DNA of 62,036 nucleotides, the filler included. It is 6 parts of 6 records of this genome, joined end to end, with 100 filler letters (N's around TTAATTAATTAA, not from the genome) between each part and the next. Parts side by side here need not be neighbours in the genome. Positions count along the whole stretch, not along the records: positions 1 to 12,154 come from DRR378314_2683; 5 more parts are not named here. One strand, written 5' to 3'. How positions within the stretch are numbered: the stretch's first letter is position 1; every line of letters starts with the position of its first letter. This document shows positions 1 through 9,496 of the stretch, in pieces. Made by a program: the position numbers and the translations under genes. A model generated the notes under the pieces. That model did no database searches and was not told where the DNA came from. It worked only from the letters and a program-made list of their open reading frames with translations.

Positions 1-1
1 C

Positions 2-583
2 TACGAGCACATCCTCACCATCGAGGACCCGATCGAATTCGTGCACGAGTCCAAGAAGTGCCTGGTCAACCAGCGGGAAGTGCACCGCGACACCCTGGGC
101 TTCGCCGAGGCGCTGCGCTCCGCCCTGCGGGAAGACCCGGACATCATTCTGGTGGGCGAATTGCGGGATCTGGAAACCATCCGCCTGGCGCTTACCGCCG
201 CCGAAACCGGCCACCTGGTGTTCGGCACCCTGCACACCACCTCGGCGGCCAAGACCATCGACCGGGTGGTGGACGTATTCCCGGCGGAAGAAAAATCCAT
301 GGTCCGCTCAATGCTGTCGGAATCCCTGCAAGCGGTGATCTCGCAGACGCTGATGAAGAAGAACGGCGGCGGGCGGATCGCCGCCCATGAAATCATGATC
401 GGCACCGCCGCGATCCGGAACCTGATCCGCGAGGACAAGGTGGCGCAGATGTACTCCGCCATCCAGACCGGCGGCGCGCTGGGCATGCAGACCCTGGACC
501 AGTGCCTGCAGGGCCTGGTGAAGAAAGGCCTGGTGGCCCGTCAGGCGGCCCAGGAAAAAGCCAAGAACCCGGACTCCATCTGA
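2..583 (+). CDS. pilT: Type IV pilus retraction ATPase PilT (5'-truncated at window edge)
   Basis: Frame reads from the edge as YEHILTIEDPIEFVHE; contains LREDPDIILVGELRD (Walker B), GHLVFGTLH and the PilT signature AIRNLIRE. Confidence 0.96.
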   Translation, partial: YEHILTIEDPIEFVHESKKCLVNQREVHRDTLGFAEALRSALREDPDIILVGELRDLETIRLALTAAETGHLVFGTLHTTSAAKTIDRVVDVFPAEEKSMVRSMLSESLQAVISQTLMKKNGGGRIAAHEIMIGTAAIRNLIREDKVAQMYSAIQTGGALGMQTLDQCLQGLVKKGLVARQAAQEKAKNPDSI

Positions 584-596
584 TTGGGATACGCGC

Positions 597-1721
597 ATGG
601 AATTTGAAGATCTTCTCAAACTGATGGTGCAGAAAGGCGGCTCGGACCTGTTCATTACCGCCGGCGTGCCGCCGAGTATGAAGATTCACGGTAAGGTGCT
701 GCCGGTGACGCGCAACGCCCTGACCCCGGACATGACCCGGGACATCGTGCTCAGCACCATGAACGAAAAGCAGCGCAAGGAGTTTCTCGAACACCACGAG
801 TGCAACTTCGCGATTTCCGCGCGCGGCATCGGCCGGTTCCGGGCCAGCGCCTTCTACCAGCGCAACCTGGTGGGCATGGTGCTGCGCCGCATCGAGACCA
901 AGATTCCCAACGTGGACGAGCTGCGTCTGCCGCCGGTGATCAAGGACCTGGCGATGACCAAGCGCGGCCTGGTGATTTTCGTCGGCGCCACCGGCACCGG
1001 TAAATCCACCTCGCTGGCGTCGATGATCGGCCACCGCAACAAGAACTCCAAAGGGCACATCATTTCCATTGAGGACCCGATCGAATTCATCCACCAGCAC
1101 CAGGGTTGCATCGTCACGCAACGGGAAGTGGGCATCGACACGGAGTCCTTCGAGGTGGCCTTGAAGAACACCCTGCGCCAGGCGCCGGACGTGATTCTGA
1201 TCGGCGAGGTGCGCAGCCGCGAGGTCATGGACCACGCCATCGCGTTCGCGGAAACCGGCCATCTTTGTCTGGCCACCCTGCACGCCAACAACGCTAACCA
1301 GGCGCTGGACCGGATCATTCACTTCTTCCCGGCGGATCGCCATAACCAGCTGTACATGGACCTGTCGTTGAACCTGCGCGGCATCGTCGCCCAGCAGCTG
1401 ATCCCCACGCCCGACGGCAAGGGCCGGCGCGCGGCCATCGAGGTACTGCTCAACACGCCGCTGGTGTCCGACCACATCCGCAAGGGCGAGATTCATCTGC
1501 TCAAGGCGCTGATGAGCAAGTCCCGCGAGCAGAGCATGCAGACCTTCGACCAGGCGCTTTACGACCTTTACGACGCCGGGGAAATCACCTACGAAGACGC
1601 CATCGCCCACGCCGACTCGCCCAACGATCTGCGCCTGATGATCAAGCTCGGCAACGAAACCGATGCCACCAGCCTGGATCACGCCACCCGCGGCCTGACC
1701 ATCGAAGGCGACCACGACTAG
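597..1721 (+). CDS. pilU: Type IV pilus ATPase PilU
   Basis: GATGTGKST Walker A, IEDPIEF, LRQAPDVILIGE, ATLHANNANQALDRI; directly follows pilT. Confidence 0.94.
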   Translation: MEFEDLLKLMVQKGGSDLFITAGVPPSMKIHGKVLPVTRNALTPDMTRDIVLSTMNEKQRKEFLEHHECNFAISARGIGRFRASAFYQRNLVGMVLRRIETKIPNVDELRLPPVIKDLAMTKRGLVIFVGATGTGKSTSLASMIGHRNKNSKGHIISIEDPIEFIHQHQGCIVTQREVGIDTESFEVALKNTLRQAPDVILIGEVRSREVMDHAIAFAETGHLCLATLHANNANQALDRIIHFFPADRHNQLYMDLSLNLRGIVAQQLIPTPDGKGRRAAIEVLLNTPLVSDHIRKGEIHLLKALMSKSREQSMQTFDQALYDLYDAGEITYEDAIAHADSPNDLRLMIKLGNETDATSLDHATRGLTIEGDHD

Positions 1722-1839
1722 GGCCTGTTCACACTACTGGCGTTTATCCTTCTTTTACGGTCGCCCGGGCGGGAGTCCACCTATCCTTCACGGACGGGCT
1801 CCCACTCTGCCCGGACATTTCGTATCGGGAGGCAACGTC

Positions 1840-2262
1840 ATGAACAAGTTCGCATCCGCCCATTGGGAAGGCGACATCAAGAAGGGCAAAGGCACCATCT
1901 CCACGCAAAGCGGTGCCCTCAAGGAACAACCTTACGGCTTCAACACGCGCTTCGAGGACGAGCCGGGCACCAACCCGGAAGAGCTGATCGGCGCCGCCCA
2001 CGCCGGTTGTTTCTCGATGGCGTTTTCGCTGGAGCTGGGTAACGCCGGCTACACCGCCGACAGCATCGACACCAAGGCCAAAGTGACCCTGGATAAAGAC
2101 GGCGACGGCTTCAGCATCACCAAGATTCATCTGGACATGAACGCGGCGGTTCCCGGCATCGACGACGCCGAGTTTCAGAAAATCGCCAACGGCGCCAAGG
2201 AAGGGTGCCCGGTGTCCAAAGTGCTCAACGCTGAGATCACTCTGGACGCCAAACTCGGTTGA
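1840..2262 (+). CDS. osmC: OsmC family peroxiredoxin
   Basis: GTNPEELIGAAHAGCFSMA and AKEGCPVSK two-Cys motifs; GGAGG RBS upstream. Confidence 0.93.
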   Translation: MNKFASAHWEGDIKKGKGTISTQSGALKEQPYGFNTRFEDEPGTNPEELIGAAHAGCFSMAFSLELGNAGYTADSIDTKAKVTLDKDGDGFSITKIHLDMNAAVPGIDDAEFQKIANGAKEGCPVSKVLNAEITLDAKLG

Positions 2263-2267
2263 AGGAG

Positions 2268-2342
2268 GTTGCGAGCGGGCCTGCTCCGAAAGCCGTCCTT
2301 GTGGGAGCGAGCCTGCTCGCGAAAGGGCGAGCTGGCTCGCCC
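2268..2342. repeat. REP-like palindromic cluster between convergent genes
   Basis: TGTGGGAGCGAGCCTGCTCGCGAA (2300-2323) resembles Pseudomonas-type REPs; degenerate copy at 2268-2290; perfect hairpin GGGCGAGC-TG-GCTCGCCC at 2325-2342. Confidence 0.65.
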
Positions 2343-2371
2343 GGCAGGATTCCAGAGGTCTACCCGACCCC

Positions 2372-3226
2372 TCAAGCTGGCTCAGCCAAAGTGCCGGCCC
2401 GATAGTCCCGCAGCGCCTGCTCGATCTCTTCCTGCGTGTTCATCACGAAAGGACCGTACTGGGCCACCGGCTCGCCGATCGGCTTGCCCGCCAGCAGTAT
2501 CAGCCGGGCGCCATCGCCGCCGGCGGCGAGCGTCACCCGGTCGCCGTCGCTGAGGGTGGCGCTGTGCTCCAGACGCAGCGTATCGCCGTTCACCGTCAGG
2601 CTTCCCTCGAACAGATACAACAGCGCGTTGTAGCCGCTTTTCACCGGCACGGTAAGGCTCTCGCCGCCACGCAACTTCACATCCAGGTAAAGCGGATCGG
2701 TGCTGCCGCCGACCACCGGCGCGGTGATCGTCTCGCCGTTCAAAGTCACCTCACCGGCCACCGCCTTGACCTGCCCGCCACCGGGCAGATCCAGGCGCGG
2801 CATCTCGGTGTCGGTCACGTCCCGGTAACCGGCCGGCTTCATTTTCTCCGCCGCCGGCAGGTTGATCCACAGCTGGAAGCCGCGTAACAGACCGTCCTGC
2901 TGCTGGGGCATTTCCTCGTGGATAATGCCGCGCCCGGCGGTCATCCACTGCACGCCGCCCTGCTTGAGATCGCCTTCGTTACCCAGGTGGTCGCGGTGCT
3001 TCATGTGCCCTTCCACCAGGTAGGTGACGGTCTCGAAGCCGCGGTGCGGGTGGGCCGGGAAACCGGCCACATAGTCGTCCGGGTTGTCGGAGGAGAACGC
3101 GTCCAACATCAGGAATGGATCCAGCCGCACCGCCGGGTTGTGGCCCAGCGCGCGCTTCAGGCGCACGCCGGCGCCGTCGGATGTATCCAGGGCACGGAAC
3201 GTATTGAGTATGCGACGCTCTTTCAT
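2372..3226 (-). CDS. Pirin family protein
   Basis: DPFLMLD, GFPAHPHRGFETVTY, VQWMTAGRGIIHEE, QLWINLP, YGPFVMNT. Confidence 0.93.
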   Translation of the reverse strand: MKERRILNTFRALDTSDGAGVRLKRALGHNPAVRLDPFLMLDAFSSDNPDDYVAGFPAHPHRGFETVTYLVEGHMKHRDHLGNEGDLKQGGVQWMTAGRGIIHEEMPQQQDGLLRGFQLWINLPAAEKMKPAGYRDVTDTEMPRLDLPGGGQVKAVAGEVTLNGETITAPVVGGSTDPLYLDVKLRGGESLTVPVKSGYNALLYLFEGSLTVNGDTLRLEHSATLSDGDRVTLAAGGDGARLILLAGKPIGEPVAQYGPFVMNTQEEIEQALRDYRAGTLAEPA

Positions 3227-3259
3227 GGTTGCCTCCTGTTGGCTGTTCTCCGGGGTGCC

Positions 3260-4264
3260 TCAGGCGCCCCGGATCTCCCGTTCACCCAGCCGGTCGCGGT
3301 CATGAGCGGCGGAAAGATCCTGTTCCGGGCCGATCGAGATGATCCCATGCGGGTTCACCGTCGGGTGGCTGCGGAAATAATGGTTGCGGATATGATTCAT
3401 ATCCACGGTGCCCGCCACGCCGGGCAGCTGGTACAGCTCGCGCAGCAGACCGCTCAGGTTCGGGTAATCGGCGATCCGGCGGCGGTCGCACTTGAAGTGC
3501 GTGACATACACCGGATCGAACCGCACCAGCGTGGTCCACAGGCGCAAATCCGCCTCGGTGAGCGTGTTGCCCACCAGATAACGGCTTTTACCCAACCGTT
3601 CCTCCAACTCGTCGAGCGTGCCGAACAGCGCGTGTACCGCTTCGTCATAGGCCTGCTGGCCGGTGGCGAAGCCGGCTTTATAAACGCCGTTGTTCACCTT
3701 CTCGTAGACCGGGCTGTTGACCGCCTCGATCTGTTCGCGCAAATCACTCGGGTAATAATCGCCGGGCCGCGCGCCGACCTCGTCAAAAGCACTGTTGAAC
3801 ATGCGGATAATGTCGGCGGACTCGTTACTGACAATGGTCTCGCGCTGCTTGTCCCACAGCACCGGCACGGTGACGCGGCCGGTGTACTTGCCGTCGGCCT
3901 TCAGATAAAGCTGATACAGCTTGTCCAGGCCGTACAAGGAATCACCGGTGGCCGCCGGGAAGTCGTCGCGCAGCTCCCAGCCGTGCTCCAGCATCAGCGG
4001 GTGCACGACGGATACATCGATGTGCTTCTCCAGGCCTTTCCAGGCGCGCATCACCAGCGCCCGGTGGGCCCAGGGACAGGCGTAGGACACATACAGGTGG
4101 TAACGCCCGCTCTCCGCCGGGAAACCGCCGTCACCGGTGGGGCCGGCTTCGCCGTCGGCGGTCACCCAGTTACGGAACTGGCTCTCCGAGCGCTTGAAAT
4201 GGCCACCGGTGCTCTTGGTGTCGTACCACTTGTCTTGCCACTGTCCTTCGACCAGCAGTCCCAT
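3260..4264 (-). CDS. yqjG: Glutathionyl-hydroquinone reductase (Xi-class GST, YqjG-like)
   Basis: RYHLYVSYACPWAHR active site, GRVTVPVLWD, NNGVYKAGFA, RFDPVY. Confidence 0.92.
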   Translation of the reverse strand: MGLLVEGQWQDKWYDTKSTGGHFKRSESQFRNWVTADGEAGPTGDGGFPAESGRYHLYVSYACPWAHRALVMRAWKGLEKHIDVSVVHPLMLEHGWELRDDFPAATGDSLYGLDKLYQLYLKADGKYTGRVTVPVLWDKQRETIVSNESADIIRMFNSAFDEVGARPGDYYPSDLREQIEAVNSPVYEKVNNGVYKAGFATGQQAYDEAVHALFGTLDELEERLGKSRYLVGNTLTEADLRLWTTLVRFDPVYVTHFKCDRRRIADYPNLSGLLRELYQLPGVAGTVDMNHIRNHYFRSHPTVNPHGIISIGPEQDLSAAHDRDRLGEREIRGA

Positions 4265-4367
4265 GGGACCTCCTTGGTGTCATTGCTTGAAGCTGACCCC
4301 TATTATTGATTCTGAAAAGGCGATATAAAACAGCACATATTTGTGAAATATGGTCAACTGATTCGAT

Positions 4368-5249
4368 ATGTCGACGAAAATCACCCTGGACCAATGGCAG
4401 GCCCTGATCGCCGTGGTGGACGAGGGCGGCTACGCCGCCGCCGCCGAGGCGCTGGATAAAAGCCAGTCGGCGATCAGCTACGCGGTGCAGAAAATCGAGA
4501 CCGAGCTGGGCGTGCGCGCTTTCGCCCTGGAGGGCCGCCGCGCCAAGCTCACCGAGACCGGCAGCCTGCTGTACCGCCAGGCCAAGGTGCTGGTGGACGA
4601 GGCGGGCCGCATTGAGAACACCGCGATCCGCTTCGGCCACGGCTGGGAGCCACTGGTACGGCTCACCGCCGACGGCCTGTTCCCCCAGGACCAGGTGCTC
4701 TGCGCCCTGGTGCGCCTGGCCAGCGAAAGCCCGCTGACCCGGGTGGAATTTCAGGAAACCGTGCTGTCCGGCTCCGAGGAGGCGCTGCTGCGCCACGAGG
4801 CGGACGTGGTGATCACCGGCCGGGTGCCGCCCGGCTTCATGGGCGATCATCTGTCGCGCATCCGCTTCGTGGCGGTGGCGGCGCCGGACCACGCGCTGCA
4901 TCATCAAGGGCCGCTGGAGCTCGACCACCTGCGCCCGCACCGCCAGCTGGTGATCCGGGATTCCGGCAAGCGCCGGGTGGACTCGGGCTGGCTGGGCGCC
5001 GAGCAGCGCTGGACGTTTTCCCACGGCAGCGCGCGCCGCCAGGCGTTGCTGCGCGGCCTGGGTTTCGCCTGGGTGCCGGAGACCGAAATCGCCGCCGACC
5101 TGGCCGAAGGCCGTCTGCTGCCGTTGCCGCTCAAGGAGGGCGTGGAGCGCTTCCACGACCTGTATCTGGTCTACGCCGACGGCCAGTACGCCGGCCGGGC
5201 CGCCCGCTTTCTCGGTGAATGCCTGAGGGCGGAAGCCGAACCCGTTTAA
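4368..5249 (+). CDS. LysR family transcriptional regulator, divergent from the GST-pirin operon
   Basis: N-terminal HTH (GGYAAAAEALDKSQSAISYAVQKIE..LG), 293 aa, GLGFAWVP in the substrate-binding domain. Confidence 0.93.
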   Translation: MSTKITLDQWQALIAVVDEGGYAAAAEALDKSQSAISYAVQKIETELGVRAFALEGRRAKLTETGSLLYRQAKVLVDEAGRIENTAIRFGHGWEPLVRLTADGLFPQDQVLCALVRLASESPLTRVEFQETVLSGSEEALLRHEADVVITGRVPPGFMGDHLSRIRFVAVAAPDHALHHQGPLELDHLRPHRQLVIRDSGKRRVDSGWLGAEQRWTFSHGSARRQALLRGLGFAWVPETEIAADLAEGRLLPLPLKEGVERFHDLYLVYADGQYAGRAARFLGECLRAEAEPV

Positions 5250-5278
5250 CCCCTAGGATCCGCAGGAAAGAGCACACC

Positions 5279-5998
5279 ATGACTCCGAACACCACCGCGA
5301 TTCGCATTGAGAACCGCTATAACGGCCCGCCGGGCTCCGCCAACGGCGGCTATATTTGCGGCCGCATGGCCGAGCACGCCGGCACCCCGTGCGTGGAAAC
5401 CCGCCTGATGGCGCCGCCGCCGCTGGACACCGACATGCCGCTGCGGCTGGAAGACGCGCAGTGGTTCGCGCTGCACGACGACCAGCCGGTGGCCCGTGCC
5501 CGCCAGGCCAGCCTGCCGGAAATGACCTTGCCGGCGCCGGCCACCCTGGACGAAGCGCGGCAGGCGGAGACCCGCTTCAGCGGTTTCGTCGATCACCCTT
5601 TCCCGGGTTGCTATGTGTGCGGCCCGGACCGGGACGACGGCCTGCGGCTGTTCCCCGGCTGGCTGGACGACCACCGGGCGGTGGCCTGCCCGTGGACACC
5701 GGCGGCCAGCCACGGTGATGATCAGGGCCAGGTGACGCTGCCGCAGGTGTACGCCGCGCTGGATTGCCCGGGCTCGTTCACCCTGGAGAAAGACCCGGAC
5801 ACCTGGGTGGTGCTGGGCAGCTTCACGGTGCAGGTGGATTCGCTGCCGAACGTGGGCGACACCTATGTGGTCAGTGGCTGGCCGCTGGGCCGCGACGGGC
5901 GCAAGCACTTCGCCGGCACCGCGGTGCACGACACCACCGGTCGCTGCCTGGCCCGCGCCCATGCGGTCTGGGTGCAGATTCCGGCCGGTTCCCGTTGA
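5279..5998 (+). CDS. Hot-dog fold thioesterase-like protein
   Basis: NGPPGSANGGY, HPFPGCYVCG, AALDCPG, GRKHFAGTAV; start placed at ATG 5279 after a purine-rich RBS. Confidence 0.65.
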   Translation: MTPNTTAIRIENRYNGPPGSANGGYICGRMAEHAGTPCVETRLMAPPPLDTDMPLRLEDAQWFALHDDQPVARARQASLPEMTLPAPATLDEARQAETRFSGFVDHPFPGCYVCGPDRDDGLRLFPGWLDDHRAVACPWTPAASHGDDQGQVTLPQVYAALDCPGSFTLEKDPDTWVVLGSFTVQVDSLPNVGDTYVVSGWPLGRDGRKHFAGTAVHDTTGRCLARAHAVWVQIPAGSR

Positions 5999-6019
5999 CG
6001 TCACCCTCGCGGAAGCGCT

Positions 6020-6044
6020 CTATACTGTTTGAGAATGATTCCCA
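6020..6044 (+). promoter_or_regulatory. Candidate -10 element (CTATACT) followed by a Fur-box-like palindrome
   Basis: CTATACT at 6020-6026; TGAGAATGATTCCCA at 6030-6044 resembles the 7-1-7 Fur consensus. Confidence 0.35.
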
Positions 6045-6056
6045 GGGAGTTGTCCA

Positions 6057-6599
6057 ATGCGAGCCTTACACAGCCTGCCCTTGATCGCCGCGCTCGCCCT
6101 GTTGCTGGGCGGGTGCGTGTCGCCGGTGGTGATCGACCATCGCGCCGGCACCGATTTCAGTCAGTACCGCAGCTACGCCATTGAGGCGCCGGACGCCGAC
6201 CAGGAGGCGCTCAGCCTGAACGGCCAGCGGGTGCAGGAAGCCGTACACCGCGAACTGGCGGACGGACCGCTGACCCGTGCCGACCTGGATCAGGCGGACC
6301 TGGCGGTGCGCTATGCCTTCGTGCCGGTGGAGAAATTCCAGGGCAGCACCCTGCAGTTCGGCTTCGGCTGGTTCAACCGGGGCTACGGCATCGGCGCCAC
6401 CACCCCGGTGGAAGGCGAGACCTACGAAGAGCACAAGCTGCAAATCGCCCTGGTCGAACGCAGCAGCAGCGAAGTGGTCTGGGAAGCCACCAGCCGCGAC
6501 ACGCTCTACGAATCGATGAGCAGCGAACGCCGCAAGGAACGCATCGACGTGATGGTGGCGGAGATGTTCAATCGCTTCCCGCCGGGCGCGGCGAACTAA
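6057..6599 (+). CDS. DUF4136-like lipoprotein
   Basis: Lipobox LLGGC after a hydrophobic stretch; DFSQYRSY, ADLAVRY, VVWEA and C-terminal FNRFPP pattern. Confidence 0.75.
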   Translation: MRALHSLPLIAALALLLGGCVSPVVIDHRAGTDFSQYRSYAIEAPDADQEALSLNGQRVQEAVHRELADGPLTRADLDQADLAVRYAFVPVEKFQGSTLQFGFGWFNRGYGIGATTPVEGETYEEHKLQIALVERSSSEVVWEATSRDTLYESMSSERRKERIDVMVAEMFNRFPPGAAN

Positions 6600-7920
6600 G
6601 CCACCGCAGGGTCACGCGCAGGCCGCCGCTGTCGGCGGCGTCCAGCGCAATGGCACCGCCGGTGCGCGCCATCACCGAGGCGACGATGGCCAGACCCAGC
6701 CCCTGGCCCTCGCCACCGCCGCGCCAGCCCCGGTCCAGGGCGCGGGCGCGCTGATCCGGGGCCAGCCCGGGGCCCTGATCCTCGACGGTCACGGCAATGT
6801 CTCCGCCGTTCTGTCCGCTCTCTACCCGCACCCCTATCTCGCCGCCGGCCGGGCTGTGCCGGACAGCGTTCTCCAGCACATTGCGCAGCGCGATCCGCAT
6901 CAGGCCCGGTCCGGCCGGAGCGGCCCGCCGCAACGCCCGGTCATCGTCCGCGTCCAGGTGAACGGTGAGGCGCTTTTCGAGGCTGGCGGGCCGCAGTTCT
7001 TCCAGCACCGTGGCGAGCAGATCGCCGAGCGCTTCGGGCGGCTCCCGGCGCCGGCTTTCCGCGCCCTCTTCCCGGGCCAGGGCCAGCAGCTGGTCCAGGT
7101 TGTTGGCCAGCCGCAGCACCGCCTGCCGGGCCTGCGCCCGGGCATGGGCGGCGCGCTCGCCGTCTGTCATATCGGCGACCTGAAGCTGGGTGCGGATCGC
7201 CGCCAGCGGCGTGCGCAGTTCATGGGCCAGGTCGTCGGTGAGGCGCCGTTCGCGCAGCAGGGCATCGCGGGCGTTGCCGAGCCAGTGGTTGAGGGTGTCG
7301 ACCATGGGCGCCAGTTCCACCCCGCCTTCCGGCACACTCAGGGGCGCTTCGTCGGTGACCCGGCGCCGGGACAGGTCGGCACGCAGCTCGGCCAGCGGCG
7401 CCAGGGCGCGCCCCACCGCCCACCACACCAACGCCAGGCTGGCCAGCAGGCCCAGGCCCAGAGTCACCAGCAGCACCAGCGCCACCTGGCGCATAAAGGC
7501 GGTGCGCCCGGCCATGCGTTCCGCCGAGGTGACGCGCAACTCGCCGTCGCTGACGGTGAACACCCGCCAGGTTTCGCCCTCGACCTGTTGCTCGCCGAAG
7601 CCGTCCTCGGGCAGCGCCAGCCCGGCGCTGGGGGCGCCGCCGGAACGGGCCAGCACCTCGCCGCGCAGGCTGCTGATTTCACAGGCGATGCCGCCCAGGG
7701 GCAGGGCGCCGGACTCCTGCAGTTTCAGGTCGCCGGCGGCGTCGCTTTCCAGCAGCGACACCACCATGCGCGCGGACGCCGCCAGGCGCTGGTCCAGCAC
7801 CCGCGCGACCCGGTCACGAACCTCGCCGTGCAGCCACACCGCCAGCACCAGCCACAGCACCGACAGCCCCAGCCCCATGCACAGCAGCAAGCGGCCGCGC
7901 AAACTGGCGGGCCCGATCAT
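6568..7920 (-). CDS. Sensor histidine kinase, QseC/DsbS-like
   Basis: Two TM segments, H-box AHELRTPLA, N-box NVLENAVRH, G1 DQGPG, G2 GQGLGLAIV; periplasmic Cys80 in GGIACEISS. Confidence 0.9.
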   Translation of the reverse strand: MIGPASLRGRLLLCMGLGLSVLWLVLAVWLHGEVRDRVARVLDQRLAASARMVVSLLESDAAGDLKLQESGALPLGGIACEISSLRGEVLARSGGAPSAGLALPEDGFGEQQVEGETWRVFTVSDGELRVTSAERMAGRTAFMRQVALVLLVTLGLGLLASLALVWWAVGRALAPLAELRADLSRRRVTDEAPLSVPEGGVELAPMVDTLNHWLGNARDALLRERRLTDDLAHELRTPLAAIRTQLQVADMTDGERAAHARAQARQAVLRLANNLDQLLALAREEGAESRRREPPEALGDLLATVLEELRPASLEKRLTVHLDADDDRALRRAAPAGPGLMRIALRNVLENAVRHSPAGGEIGVRVESGQNGGDIAVTVEDQGPGLAPDQRARALDRGWRGGGEGQGLGLAIVASVMARTGGAIALDAADSGGLRVTLRWLSSPRPAGSD

Positions 7921-8579
7921 GGCGGGGTCCCCAGCCGGTAGCCCTCACCACGCACGGTGTCGATCAGGGCGTCGCCGAGTTTGCGGCGCAGGTTGTGGAT
8001 GTGCACCGCCAGGGCGTTGCTCTCCACGCCGTCGGTCCAGCCGTAGACCCGGTCGGCGAGCTGAACCGGGGTCAGCACCTGGCCACGGCTTTGCAGCAGC
8101 GCCTGCAGCAGGGCCCGCTCACGGCGCGGCAGGGTGACCGCCTCGCCGTGCAGCCAGAGCCGCTGGGCCGCCGGTTCGAACCGCAGGCCGCCGTACTCGA
8201 TCACCGGCGCGGCGCGGCCGGCGGCGCGGCGCATCAAGGCGTGCAGGCGGGCCACCAGCTCGTCCAGGTCAAAGGGCTTCACCAGGTAGTCATCGGCGCC
8301 GGCGTTCAATCCCGTCACCCGGTGCTCGACGCCGTCCCGGGCGGTGAGCACCAGCACCGGCTCGTCCCGCCCCAGGCGGCGCCAGCGCGCCAGCAGCGAC
8401 AGCCCGTCCTGGTCGGGCAAACCCAGATCGAGCACCACCAGGTCAAAGGCGGTACTGTCCAGGGCGGCGTCGGCATCGGCGGCGCGGGTCACCCAGGCCA
8501 CGGAAAAGCCGTGGGCCTGAAGACCGGCCTGCACGCCGTCGCCGAGCAGGGCGTCGTCTTCGATCAGTAGTAGATGCAT
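7917..8579 (-). CDS. OmpR-family response regulator, QseB/DsbR-like
   Basis: LLIEDD, VLDLGLP, GADDYLVKPF, VHIHNLRRKL, TVRGEGY; 4-nt overlap with the kinase gene. Confidence 0.93.
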   Translation of the reverse strand: MHLLLIEDDALLGDGVQAGLQAHGFSVAWVTRAADADAALDSTAFDLVVLDLGLPDQDGLSLLARWRRLGRDEPVLVLTARDGVEHRVTGLNAGADDYLVKPFDLDELVARLHALMRRAAGRAAPVIEYGGLRFEPAAQRLWLHGEAVTLPRRERALLQALLQSRGQVLTPVQLADRVYGWTDGVESNALAVHIHNLRRKLGDALIDTVRGEGYRLGTPP

Positions 8580-8604
8580 AGGAAACCAGAATGCGGGCGC
8601 CGGA

Positions 8605-8619
8605 TTAACCCGGCGTTAA
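8605..8619. promoter_or_regulatory. Response-regulator box TTA-N8-TTAA (DsbR/QseB-type)
   Basis: TTA-ACCCGGCG-TTAA in the 89-nt divergent intergenic region, in otherwise very GC-rich DNA. Confidence 0.7.
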
Positions 8620-8668
8620 TCATGGTCGGGAATGCTGGGCCCGGCAACCAGGACACCCAAGAGGCCCC

Positions 8669-9493
8669 ATGAACGCTTTGCAACTCGGACCCTTCGCGCT
8701 ACCGCTCGCCCTGCTGCCCTGGCTGGTGGGCCTGATCGCCGCCTGGCTGGTGGCCTGGTACCGCCGCCGCCGTGGCCACGGGGACGCCGAGCCGCTGCTA
8801 TGGCGCATCGGGCTGCTGGCGCTGATCGGCGCGCGGGTGGCGTTCGTGGCGCGCTACCACGACCGCTTCGCCGGGCCGCTGGAAATGATCGACCTGCGCG
8901 ACGGCGGTCTCTGGTGGCCCGGCGCCGTGGCCGGCGCCAGCCTGGCCCTGGCCTGGGCGCTGCGCGGCCGGGCCGGCCGGGAACAGGACGCGCCGCTGTC
9001 CGAGAGCTGGCGCGCCCTGCTCACCGGCGCGGTGGCGGCGGTGCTCACCGCCAGCGTGACCCTGGCCGTGAGCAGCACCGACCAGCCGGCGCCGGAGATG
9101 ACCCTGCACCGGCTGGACGGCACCCCCGTGGCGCTTTCCGCGTTGTCCGAGGACCGCCTCACCCTGGTCAATCTGTGGGCCAGCTGGTGCCCGCCCTGCC
9201 GGCGCGAGATGCCGGTGCTGGAACAGGGCCAGAGCGACTATCCGGAGGTGCGTTTCGTGTACGCCAACCAGGGTGAGTCGGCGGAGATTATCCGCGGCTA
9301 TTTGCTGGAAGAGGGTTTGCGCCTGGACAACGTGGTGTCGGACCCGCACAGCGACCTGGCCCGGGCCCTGGGCGGCAGCGGCCTGCCCACCACGGTGCTG
9401 ATCGGCCGCGACGGCACCCTGGTCAACAGCCATGTGGGGCCGCTTTCCCGGGCCAGCCTTCATCATTTTATTAACCCGCACCGTCAGGAGTAG
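8669..9493 (+). CDS. TlpA/DsbE-like thiol:disulfide oxidoreductase with N-terminal Lgt-like membrane domain
   Basis: NLWASWCPPCRREMP, GLPTT cis-Pro loop; N-terminus with LIGARVAFV and DLRDGG TM region. Confidence 0.88.
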   Translation: MNALQLGPFALPLALLPWLVGLIAAWLVAWYRRRRGHGDAEPLLWRIGLLALIGARVAFVARYHDRFAGPLEMIDLRDGGLWWPGAVAGASLALAWALRGRAGREQDAPLSESWRALLTGAVAAVLTASVTLAVSSTDQPAPEMTLHRLDGTPVALSALSEDRLTLVNLWASWCPPCRREMPVLEQGQSDYPEVRFVYANQGESAEIIRGYLLEEGLRLDNVVSDPHSDLARALGGSGLPTTVLIGRDGTLVNSHVGPLSRASLHHFINPHRQE

Positions 9494-9496
9494 CCC

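Noticed and set aside
393-1715. Long antisense ORFs (also 2918-4309, 8798-10225, 24999-26615, 27515-28942, 33810-35411, 59819-61357)
   Set aside because: They mirror well-supported genes on the other strand, as expected in high-GC DNA with few stop codons.
5995-6026. TTGACG/TATACT as a sigma70 -35/-10 pair
   Set aside because: The spacer is 20 nt, too long; only the -10-like element was retained.
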